Positions 47,655 through 57,469 of a stretch of 64,000 nucleotides of DNA are shown piece after piece. The notes below the pieces were generated by a model. It was not told the origin of the DNA. It searched no databases and saw nothing but the letters and a program-made list of their open reading frames with translations. Within the stretch, counting starts at the first letter, position 1, and every line of letters begins with the position of its first letter. The stretch covers positions 1 to 64,000 of the forward strand of contig JAIVFI010000034.1 in the NCBI GenBank assembly GCA_025558095.1, given 5' to 3'. This stretch comes from Hyaloraphidium curvatum SAG 235-1 (taxonomy: Eukaryota > Fungi > Monoblepharomycota). The position numbers were made by a program, and so were the translations under genes.

Positions 47655-47916
47655 GGCGCAGACGTGGTCGGGACGTTTGGGCACGAAAGTCTGACCGGGA
47701 AGCTGTGAGGCGACGGAGAAGAGCCCCAATCAGATCTAACTATCTAGCGATGCCTGATCCTGGCGGGGCCCAGCCGGCGTCTGAGGCAACACACGGAATG
47801 CGGTTTGTGGACGGCAGTCGGATCAAACAGAATTGGAACCCCCCGGGTGCCCGCTCGTGGATCGTCTGGCCTGTTGGGGGCGCGTCTGCCGTCCCACCAT
47901 TGCCCCCGTCGGTGAG

Positions 47917-48854
47917 ATGACCGCGGCCCGGCGTGGGCCGGCGCTGCTCGTCGGTGCCTGCCTCGTGTTTCTCTCGCTGCTCGCCTCGCCGCGGAGGAGC
48001 GCCCCGCCGGGCTGGGCCGCGCACTGCGCCGCGTCGCTCGTCGCCGCCGAGGCGCGCTCGGCCGAGGAGCGCCGCCTCCGCGCCGACTTCCTGCGCGCCA
48101 CCGCCGGCCGCAACCTGTCCGCCGCGCCGCGGCTGCCCCTTCGGCGATGGCGGTAAGTGGGCCTGCTTCGCCGAGCTCGCCCGTCCGGGGCACCCGTGCC
48201 TGGTGTATTCCGTGGGACGACTTCTCGTTCGAGACAGAGGTGCGGGACCTCAACCCCGCCTGCGAGGTACACACCTTCGACCCGACAACGGACGCCGCCG
48301 AGTCGTCGCAGCTGGCTGCGCAAGTCAACTCGGCTTTCCGCAGTGTGTGGTGGGGCAACCGCACCGTCGTCTCCATCGCGGAAGAGCTGGGACACCTACA
48401 TCGTCGGATCGACGTGCTCAAGATCGACTGCGAAGGGTGCGAGTTCCTCCCCGGCTTCCTGGGCTTCTTTCAGAACTGCGCACCACGCGGCGGCCGCCCT
48501 GCGATCCCCGTGGGCCAGCTCCTGATCGAAGTCCACGCCACCCGGTTCCCTCCGCCTGCGTGGAACGAAACCCCCACATTCCTCGACTTTTCCCTTATCT
48601 CGGAGCTCTTCTCCTCCATCGAACAATGCAGCTTCCATCTGTTCCACAAGGAACGGAACCACTGGGGCTGCTACGGGTACCCCTTCTCGTTCGCTTCGTG
48701 GGACGCGGCGAGGACGGGGCACTGGCTGGACCACTGCCCCGAGGTGCCGTGGGAGGAGTTCCTGGACGGGGTCGGGAGGGAGGAGGGGAGGCGGGGATCG
48801 GGCGGGGGGGACCCGCGGGGCGGGGATGATGACGGGGACGGCGGGGCCACGTAG
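47917..48854 (+). pseudogene. METTL24/Methyltransf_22-like methyltransferase, apparently frameshifted twice
   Basis: N-terminal TM anchor, GDGGKWAC, CLVYSVG, CEVHTFDPT, IDVLKIDCEGCEF, QLLIEVH. Motifs lie in three frames. Confidence 0.65.
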
Positions 48855-48904
48855 GGAGCCGGAGCTGCAAAAGCCCGGTTCTTTTGGCGGCACACTTCCG
48901 ATCT

Positions 48905-49200
48905 TCACTTCGTCGCCGGGGAGCTCCTCGGGACGCAGTCCTTCTTGTGCTCCTTCTAGGCCGCCCGCTGGCAGGCCCCGGAGTACCGCGCGATCCGGCA
49001 CCGTCCGCAGCGCGTCAAAAGTTACCTCACCTTTGGGCTTTGCGCAGCAATCGCACCAATCCGCATCGGTAGAAAGGTGGCCAGCTTGTATCTCGTGTTT
49101 TCCTCGTGTCCGGGAAGCACAACCGCGCGGCCAGGCACCCCACGAAGCCCGAGAACTGGTCCCAAGCCTCCCGGTAGCGCGTCCTATAGTGACAATAGAA
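48905..49200 (-). pseudogene. 3' fragment of MSW-MYND family
   Basis: DWCDCCAKPKGEV..., frameshifts, AA*KEHKKDCVPRSSPATK* (TAG at 48956-48958). Confidence 0.8.
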
Positions 49201-49276
49201 CGGAAGAGGTTCGAAGAAGGCATTTATGGTACAGCGAATGTACATCAGCAGAGACGCAGATCGGACAACCGTGCCA

Positions 49277-51361
49277 TCAGACCACCCCCACGTCCACCGA
49301 AGACGTCCCCGATCCCGAGCCCGGCCCCTTCCCCGCCCCTCCCTCCAGCGACGAAGCCAGCACCGACGCCACTGACCCCGACACGGCCCTCCCCAGCACC
49401 GCCCCCCTCTCCCCCCGGTCCAGCAGCAGCACGTCCGCGATGAAGTCGCTGTCCGCCGCCTCCTCCCACTCCTCCGGCCCCAGCGACGAACTCGACCCGC
49501 CGCCGGGCAGCGCCGGAACCAGCCCCGACTCGAGCATCGCCGCGTCGAACGCCTCGGATACCCTCCGCGCCTGGAACCCGTACCCCGACGCCAGCCTCCG
49601 CAGCGCCCTCGCGACGGTCCGCGCGCCGCCCTCGAACGCCTTGGCGCGCCGCATCCGCTCCGTCCTTTCCCAGGGCTGCTCGCCCTCGGGGGGCACCCCG
49701 CGGAGGAGGGCGGCCTCGGCGAGGAGCACCTTGCCCGCGGCAAAGGTCGGCGCGAGGAGGACAAAGTGCCCCCTGCGGAGCTCCGGGTCCGCGCGGAGGA
49801 AGCACGCGAGCATCCGCGAGAACCGCAGGCAGCGCGCGGCGCCCGCGGTGCGGAAGCCGGCGGCCAGGAGCACCTCGGATGCGTGGCCCTCGGCGCAGAG
49901 GAGGGACTGCAGCGCGGATTGGGCGTGCATGGGGGTCGGGAAGACGGAGCGGGAGAGCAGCGGGGCGGCGTCGCCGTGGGAGAGGGGGACGCCGAGGTCG
50001 GGGGGGAGCACGGTGGGCGCGGCGTCGGCGCAGGCGGCGAGGGAGGCGGCGGCGGTGCGGAGGCGGTGCGGGTCCGAGGCGTGGGTGCGGAGGGAGTAAG
50101 AGATGAGGTGGCGGAGGTAGTTGGAGAGCTGGAAGAGGCACATGACCGAGGCGCTGCCCTCGAGGGCCGCGCGGGCGAGGGCGCGGGCGGTGCGGGCGAT
50201 GCCGGGGAAGGAGGAGGCGCCGAACTGGATCGAGGGGTCCGAGCCGGCGCGGAAGGCAACCAGGCTGCCGAAGGCCTCTTCGCGGTTGGGGTGGATGAAC
50301 CAGGCCTCGCCGCACGGCACGGGCCACGCGTGCTTGTGAAAGTACTGCGCGATGGTTGGCCGCCCCGTGAAATGGGCCATGCCCGTTTCGGGGGCCGCGA
50401 CGATGATGCGCGCCCGCAGCACCGACTCGCGGTACACCCACGCGTCTGCGTTGGCCGGCGGTCCCGAGGGGAGTAGCCGGAACAGCGCGTCCGTGACTTT
50501 CGCGGCACGGATGATCACGGGCGCCGTCTTTTGCGGCTGCCCGCCCACGACGACCACGTCCAGCAGAGAAACCAGCGTCTGCGCCGTCTCGAGGCCGTCG
50601 ACGCTGCGCGCAAGCAGGAGCTCCCGCACCCGCTCGACGCACCACCTCGAGAACGAAACCCTGGCCCGGTCGCCGTACGACGTCAGCAGACGGGCGCCGG
50701 AGGCGGCCAGGGCAAAGAGCAGCGCTGTGGGGACGCGGCCCGAGTAGACGGCCGAAGGGCGGTTGAACGCCTCCTCAAACGTCTGCCTGTGCACAATGGG
50801 ATACATGGGGTCGTGCGTGTCCCAGTATTCGCGCACGGCGGGGAGCAGCAGGTCCATCGGGTTGAGGGCGCCGCCGAGGTCCGGAGGGGGGTGCAGGGGA
50901 ACAAGCGGGGGAAAGCGGGCCGTAGAGGGGGCAGACGCGGGGAACCCGGCGGGCGGGGTGTCGAACGACGGCGGCGGCGTCTTTGCCGGAGAAGGAAACG
51001 TGGTCTGCGGGCCCGGCGACCCAAGGGCGCCGCCCTGTGCCCTGAAGGCGCCGTGGGGAGCGCCGGCCCCGCCCTCCGGGCCGAACGGGAACGACCTGAC
51101 GCCAAACTGCGACCCCCCGGGCCCGGTGTCCGCCGCCTGCCTCGTTTCGAGCACTATTGCGACGACCGGCACGGGGTCCAGCCGCGAGTCGGTTGCCGTC
51201 ACCGAGTCGTCGTCGCGGCGCCGGGGGTCGCCCCCGCTCCCGCCCTCCCGTGCGCCGCTGCATTCCGAATTTCGCTCATCGCCGCCGTCCCTTAAAGCCG
51301 CGGCCCGCCGCGCCAGGTCGCCCCACAGCGGCGCTTCCGACGGCGCGGGGCTCGGCAGCAT
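49277..51361 (-). CDS. Fungal-specific transcription factor middle-homology (Fungal_trans-like) protein
   Basis: LLLPAVREYWDTHDPMYPIVHRQTF..ALLFALAASGA..LETAQTL..YRESVLRA. No Zn2Cys6 seen and start uncertain. Confidence 0.7.
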   Translation of the reverse strand: MLPSPAPSEAPLWGDLARRAAALRDGGDERNSECSGAREGGSGGDPRRRDDDSVTATDSRLDPVPVVAIVLETRQAADTGPGGSQFGVRSFPFGPEGGAGAPHGAFRAQGGALGSPGPQTTFPSPAKTPPPSFDTPPAGFPASAPSTARFPPLVPLHPPPDLGGALNPMDLLLPAVREYWDTHDPMYPIVHRQTFEEAFNRPSAVYSGRVPTALLFALAASGARLLTSYGDRARVSFSRWCVERVRELLLARSVDGLETAQTLVSLLDVVVVGGQPQKTAPVIIRAAKVTDALFRLLPSGPPANADAWVYRESVLRARIIVAAPETGMAHFTGRPTIAQYFHKHAWPVPCGEAWFIHPNREEAFGSLVAFRAGSDPSIQFGASSFPGIARTARALARAALEGSASVMCLFQLSNYLRHLISYSLRTHASDPHRLRTAAASLAACADAAPTVLPPDLGVPLSHGDAAPLLSRSVFPTPMHAQSALQSLLCAEGHASEVLLAAGFRTAGAARCLRFSRMLACFLRADPELRRGHFVLLAPTFAAGKVLLAEAALLRGVPPEGEQPWERTERMRRAKAFEGGARTVARALRRLASGYGFQARRVSEAFDAAMLESGLVPALPGGGSSSSLGPEEWEEAADSDFIADVLLLDRGERGAVLGRAVSGSVASVLASSLEGGAGKGPGSGSGTSSVDVGVV

Positions 51362-51794
51362 CGCGGCGTCGGCCGCTCCCGGCGCCTGAGCGCCGTCGGC
51401 CGCACTCAGCGCCACGAATCCCGACACGGACAGCGGTTGGGCCGGCTCATGGCGCCGCTGTGGCCGGCCGGCGGGGCGTTGGCGGCGGGGCACGGAGGTC
51501 CCTTCCAGTCATCGCGGCCGGTCGGCCATCACCGCTTCGCCGCCGGCGGGGCTGAGCCCCGGCGCGATCGACTTACGCCGGTACGAGATGGGCAGCAGTA
51601 GGGCTGGGCTGTTTTAGAGCGTACCTGGATGGGCTGTAACTGAGCTGGATGGCGGGCTGGGTCTAAATCGGAAACGGGCTTCGGACTTGGGATATTGGGG
51701 TTCTCCTAGCGGAGCCGGCGATCCAGGTTCCAAAAGAGCGAATCTCGGCGCAAACGAGGTTCTGTGTTTATCATAATGATGCAGGACTGATGTC

Positions 51795-51914
51795 GGCCCC
51801 GTCACGCCAACGGCGTACAGCTTCACCGCAACGGGGACGGTCACCTACACGTGGGTCATCCGGGATGGTCCTCCGGCCCCGGCGCCCTTGCTGAGCCTTC
51901 CTGCTCCGCGCAGC
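51795..51914 (+). repeat. Orphan fragment of the Ig-like repeat of the downstream gene
   Basis: ggccccgtcacgccaacggcgtacagcttcaccgcaacggggacggtcacctacac plus following intron-like sequence matches about 53145-53262 and 53575-53695. Confidence 0.8.
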
Positions 51915-52530
51915 CGAGCGGATAGGGTGTCTCGGTTGCTGCAGGCCTGCGGTGTTCTGCGGGACTGCGGGTCGGCGTGAGCAGGTGGCTCTCAATGGAT
52001 GTTGGCGCTTCGGCAAGGGGGGCTTTCACCGGCCAGTTGGACGGATTGATGGTGCACAGAGCTCGCGATGGATCGTGCTCTCTATGGAATGGCATCGGTC
52101 TATTAGTAGTCTTCGATCCTCAGTCCGCGAGGGAACCCCACCGGGACCTGCGTCAAGCGGAGTCTCGACAAGAGCGGGGGCCCGAGACGCAACGGCGCCG
52201 AAACTGACGAGGGGTAAAGAGGCCAATCTCGATCGTGAATGGCCAGTTGCGGAGCCGAAGGTGTTCCAGGACTTATGTCGATGGCTCTCGTCCAATGCCG
52301 TGCTCCGCCGCGGCCGAGAGGACCCATTGACTTCCCGGACTGCTGCGCCGGCCACCCAAAACAGAGCGTGCAAAACAGCCGAATCCCGCCAAACGCCGGT
52401 CTCCATGCCCTGTCGAAACGCAGGCAAAGTTGCCATGCCGACCCAGTCTCCCTCTACCGCGGCGGCGCGCGTTCGGGCGGGGTTCGGCGTCAGCAACCAA
52501 ATAAGCCGGAGACGTCCTGCAACGCCGGAG

Positions 52531-53706
52531 ATGGCGATCCGGATGCCCGCCGCGCTGCTCTGTCTGCTGGTCGCCATTCTTCTCGTCTGCTGCGGGGTTG
52601 TTGCGTCGCCCAGCGGCGCCCCGCCCGTGTTCCGGCGGTCCTGCGGGGAGTGCGCGGGGACGGACTATTGGTGCGCCCCGCTGCCCGGCTCCTCCCGCAA
52701 CGAAGCTGATTGCAGCGCCCTGCTGCGCCGCGTCACGCAGCGAGTTCGCTTACCCCGGGACGCCCGAGGGCCACGTCGCCTGCTTGGCATACGCCGACTC
52801 GAAGCTGCTCCACCGTCGGTACATTGTGCCCGGGCCGCTCCTGCAGGCCAGGCTGGCCGTCAGGGAGGTGGCAAACGGCGGCAGCCTGGCCCTGGATGCC
52901 ACCAGCTCCGCCACGGGCTTCACTACCCTCACCATCTCCAACGCCGGCAACGCACCACTCGCCGTCAGCGCGGTCGCCATCGCCGGCGACGGTTGGGGAG
53001 CCGCGGAACCCTCGCCGCCGGTCATATCTGCGGGTGGCACCGCCGACCTCGAGATTTACGTCACCCACGGGGGGCCGACCTCGGCGCTGACTACCGCCAC
53101 CCAAACTGCGACATTCACCGTCCTCGCCACGAACCAAGCGGGCGACGCGCCCGTCACGCCGACGGCGTACAGCTTCACGGCCACGGGCACCGTCACCTAC
53201 ACGGTGCGCTGGTCCCGGGCGATCCTCCCGCATCGATGCTGAAGCCTTCCTGCCCCGCGCAGCCGCCCCCTCGGGCCACCCTGACCGTCCGGGAAGTCGC
53301 CAACGGCGGCAGCCTCAACCTGGAAGCCCCGGACTCCCCGTCACGCTTCACCACGCTCACCATCTCCAACGCCGGCGACGCCCCCCTGGCGGTTACCGCC
53401 GTCGCCATCTCGGGCGACGGATGGGGCGCCGCGGAACCCCAGCCCCCGGTCATTTCCGCGGGCGGCACCGCGGACCTCGAAATCTACGTCACCTACGGGG
53501 GCCCGACGACGGCCCTGACCACCGCAACCCCGAGCGCGACCTTCACCGTCTTGGCCACGAACCAGGCGGGCGACGGCCCCGTGACGCCAACGGCGTATAG
53601 CTTCACGGCCACGGGGACGGTCACCTACACTGTGGGTCTCGTGCCCGGGCTGTCGTCCGACATCATTGCTGAACCTTCCCGTCCCGCGCAGCCGGGGCCT
53701 TCCTGA
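52531..53706 (+). CDS. Secreted LHRRY-module protein with two tandem Ig-like (ASH/choice-of-anchor-D-like) domains
   Basis: Signal peptide, intron 52671-52740, spliced CGECAGTDYCEF..ACLAY..LLHRRY. Two near-identical LTISNAGxAPLAV...YSFTATGT repeats. Confidence 0.78.
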   Translation: MAIRMPAALLCLLVAILLVCCGVVASPSGAPPVFRRSCGECAGTDYWCAPLPGSSRNEADCSALLRRVTQRVRLPRDARGPRRLLGIRRLEAAPPSVHCARAAPAGQAGRQGGGKRRQPGPGCHQLRHGLHYPHHLQRRQRTTRRQRGRHRRRRLGSRGTLAAGHICGWHRRPRDLRHPRGADLGADYRHPNCDIHRPRHEPSGRRARHADGVQLHGHGHRHLHGALVPGDPPASMLKPSCPAQPPPRATLTVREVANGGSLNLEAPDSPSRFTTLTISNAGDAPLAVTAVAISGDGWGAAEPQPPVISAGGTADLEIYVTYGGPTTALTTATPSATFTVLATNQAGDGPVTPTAYSFTATGTVTYTVGLVPGLSSDIIAEPSRPAQPGPS

Positions 53707-53969
53707 TGGAATCTTGGGGCTTGTGGGCTGCTAGCGGAACGAATTCATTCTAGCTTTCTAGACTGCAATACATGGTCGTCTGCCCGAGGCGATCTACATG
53801 TGCCAGGGATCATATTCCTCCTCCGTCATCCGCAGTGCGCCAACTTCGTCCCAGAATCGCAGCTCCGCGACCGCGCTGCCGTCGTCCCGCACGAGGCGGG
53901 CCGGCAGCGTGAGCACGATCTCGCGCACCCCCGCCCGCGCGAACCAGGTCCGCAGGAGCGCGTAGTCAT

Positions 53970-54120
53970 CCGACGTGTAGCATCCAGCGCCCTCAGACCG
54001 AGCACGAAGAAGCGCTTGTTCGAAAGCATGAGGCTCAAGAGCGTGCCTTTGAGATTGCGGAGACGGAGGATCCCGGCGATTATTTCAGAGACCAGCTCGT
54101 TCGGGAGCGTGGGACGGGGG
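53970..54120 (-). pseudogene. F-box-like fragment
   Basis: PTLPNELVSEIIAGILRL..LLSLMLSNKRFFVLGLRAL, after which the frame degenerates. Confidence 0.4.
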
Positions 54121-54675
54121 GCGGTCGTGTCTCCCAGGCAGCGTCCGCGGCGCCGCCGTCGCCCGCGGGGATGACGCCCGGCAAAGCGACGGCTGCAGGG
54201 GCATCGTGGGAAAGAGCACGGCCGCGACCTGATTCCTTTCCGGTACCGCGCGAGCTCATGGCTGGGTAGTTGTCTGGAGTTGAGAGTTGAGAGCATGTGA
54301 CGCACTGGACGCGGAGCAACCGGAAAGTGCCAGAGTCCTAGCCCGGCGCAAACGAGGTTATGCTCTTGAAGCTGACATCCAATAAATTGGTCTATGCGGG
54401 GCAGTACTGGCTACCGGCCGCTGGCTCGATCTGTCAACCGCGGCGTTCGGCGCTGGCATCCACACACTACTCGGAAAACCCCCGAATCCCGCTGATCGCG
54501 GGCCACGCTCCCGTCTCGGCATCTACGGAAGTGTTCCGACCGCGTTTCCGCGGGTTTCCTTGGCGCCGGTTGAAGTCGATCACCCGGAGCTGTCCTTGCG
54601 CGCACAGCTTCGACCGCGGGAGGCCGTCCCGAAATCTCCGCGAATCCCCGCCTTTCCCGCCGTTCCGCTTCCGAG

Positions 54676-55375
54676 ATGCCGGCGCCGGACAGCGTCCAGA
54701 CGAAGCAGCGGCGAGACCGCACCGAGGGCATAGTCGCCCGCCCGTCGACCGCGCAAAAGGACGACCTCGACGCGTTCCTCGCTTCCTTTTCCGACACCGT
54801 CGCCGAGGCCGCCGCGATCAAGGTCGCCGCCGGGAAGGCCGCCTTCAAGCCGGAGGGCATCCCCGTCGGATCGCTGCTCGAGATCCAGCTCCGCGAGAAG
54901 GCGGCCGAGGTCGGCGCCGCGGTGCCCGAGGCGCGCGGGATGCCGGCGGCCCCGGCGACGTCGCAGGCGCCGAGCAGGGACGATGCGGCGTCGGTGTACT
55001 CGGTGGCGAGCTCGATGGTCAGCATGCTGAGGCGGGCGAGGGAGAACGGCGTGGTGGAGGAGCCGCCGGCGCTGTTTGTCGAGGCCGCGAGGGGCCGGGC
55101 GGAGATGAAGCCTACTCGGGCGCAGAGGTGGGTCGAACGAGATCAAGGAGCGGGGCAGCTGCCTGACCAACACGCCCTGCTCGCACTCGATGTTCGCGGC
55201 GGCGATCCCCCGCTCGCGTGCGCTGCGGCTGCCGCGAATCAGGCTCTGGCATGCCGTTCGCTACGACATCAACTCTCCCGTCAAGATCCTGATGGACAAC
55301 AAGACACGGGACGGGCTCGCCGGCGCTGCGATGCAGGTCGCGCCGGTTGCGCAGGGCTCCGACCGGCTGCGGTGA
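54676..55375 (+). CDS. Hypothetical protein, probably one intron (~55128-55242)
   Basis: Coding-like ORF MPAPDSVQT..., GT..AG splice to LWHAVRYDINSPVKILMDNK..*. Confidence 0.5.
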
Positions 55376-55546
55376 TATTGACTTGCTTGAAGGGCCAAGG
55401 TGGTCGCCTCACGGTTAGGATGTTGCTGGATCATCGGAGTCAGTCGCCATGTGTATGTAATGCTGGTGCCACACTCGTTCTCGGGAGGAATTGTGTCTAT
55501 CTGAAGGAGCCTTCCAAAGTCCAAAACGCAACGCCAACGACCTCCC

Positions 55547-57169
55547 TCAGGGCTCCTTCTTCCGCGGATCCTTCTTGAATCCCGTCTTCTCGTCCACCCA
55601 TCCGATTTCCTGCCCGTCCCACCCGACCCGCCTCGCCTGTGCGTACGGCTCCCTGCGCCTCAGCTGCCTGAAGAACCCGCCCACCATTTCCCAGAAGGTC
55701 AGGAACTCGAACCGCACGCCGAACTCGTTGCACGTCTTGGCGAGTTCCGGGTACGCCCAGCGGTGGTACGCGTGGTCGACGGCGGGGAGGAGGTGGTGCA
55801 GGGTGTGGTCGCCGAATGTCGTGAGCACGGCGGGGAGGAGGAGGGAGGAACCGGGCATGTACTGCTCGATTCTGTCGCCGGTCACCTCGACCTGGAAGAG
55901 GCCGCTGGAAAGGAGACGGTGAGGCGAGAACGGAGAAGGACGCGGCGGTACGCACAAGTCGCGGATGTGGTCGAACCCGGGCTTCTCCTCCCCCTGCCGC
56001 CACGCGAAGTCCGTATAGTGCCCGACCGTGAGCCCGAACGTGAGGCCCCATTCGCCGCTCATGATCTTGGTGATCAGGTAGAGGCCGAAGGTCTCGAGGA
56101 CACCGCGGGCCGACTTGGAGTGAGGGAGGCCGGACCGGCGGCGCAGGCCGACCATGCCGAGGAACACGAGCCACGTGAGCAGGTTCTCGGGCCTGGGTCC
56201 CCCCTGACGCAGCCAGATAAGGGGCGTCAACAGCGTCCCGACCACCGCACGGCTGACGATGCCGTAGTGCCACTTGATGAAGTCGCCGAGGTACGAGTTG
56301 GTCGACTTGGGCTGGTCGAGGTCCCACTTCATCCCCGCGAGTGCCATGCTGATCAGGGGGAGCTCGCAGTCCAGCGATGTGTTGGGGTAGATGTGGTGGG
56401 AGAGGCAGTGGTGCACGCGGAGGGCCCAGCTGCTGCTGCCGACGAGGTCGATGAGGTACGTGCGCCAGTTGTGCTTCTGGTGCGCTATTGAAGAATGGAG
56501 GAGGTCAGAGAAGGTGACCAGGGAGCGACGGACGGTTCAACTTGCCAAAGTTGTGCCCCGCAACCTGGGTCATCCCGGCGGCCAGGCCGGCGAGGACCGC
56601 GAGCGGAATGGACCGCTTGTAAGCCGCGGCGCCGGCCAACGCAAGGAAGCTGAGCGCGGTCGTGTCGACGACGAGCTTGGAAAGGAGCTTGGGGCCGGGG
56701 CCCTGCTTCTTGACGGCCTCGCGGACGCGCGCACGCAGGACGTCGAAGAACCCGCCGGGCTCGACTGTCAGCGGCGACTCGCGGGGCCAGTCCGCGTCCC
56801 TGACGTAGTACTTCTCCAGGACGGCCCTTGCCTTCTCGATGTCAAGGTGGTGAGCTTCAAAGTGCTCTGTGATGTCCTGGCCGCGGGTCATGTCCAACCA
56901 GACGTTGCCGCCCGGGTGTTCTGCGAGGAAGCGCGACAAGGCGCCGGTCAGAGATGGGCAATGCGGCGGCCGATCCTTGCCCGCCCACCAAAGTTGGAGA
57001 GGTCGTACAGTTTATTATGGACGCGGAAGAGCCCGCCGCCCCGCTCGTTGTACTTGCGGCGGTTGTCGAGCCACGCCTGGAGGTCAATGGACCGGCCGCC
57101 GATAACTTCCTCGAAGGGCGGGAATCGCGTCCGCGGCTCGAACGCCGGTGCGGTGCTTCCGTCGGGCAT
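55547..57169 (-). CDS. Cytochrome b5-fatty acid desaturase fusion (Cyt-b5-related type)
   Basis: LYDL..HPGG heme motif, FEAHH, His boxes GHNF, HHCLSHHIYPNT, GDHTLHHLLP. Confidence 0.85.
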
Positions 57170-57469
57170 GGTGTGCTCGGGCGCGGGAAGTCGGTTGCTT
57201 GGCGGAAACGTTGGTTCCCGAAACTCGGCGCGGGAATGGCCGCGGTTGGCGTTGTTTGCCGCCTTTTGCCACAGAAGTTCAAGGGGTGGCTCCAGGACCC
57301 GTGGGCCGAGCCGCTGGTCCGGGATCCCATTGAGGTGGAGACCACGGTCCTCAGTGGGTTCCTCGCCGCGTACGGGCCATAGAAGGGGCTGAGTCAACGT
57401 TCGGCGACAGTTCTCGGCGGAGGTTTCTCCGGGATCACCACTGCCGCGAAACTGAAGGACGCCGGGATC

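Noticed and set aside
51362-51790. Upstream Zn2Cys6 exon for the Fungal_trans gene
   Set aside because: No CxxCxxxKxxC pattern found on the minus strand, so the gene start is left unresolved.
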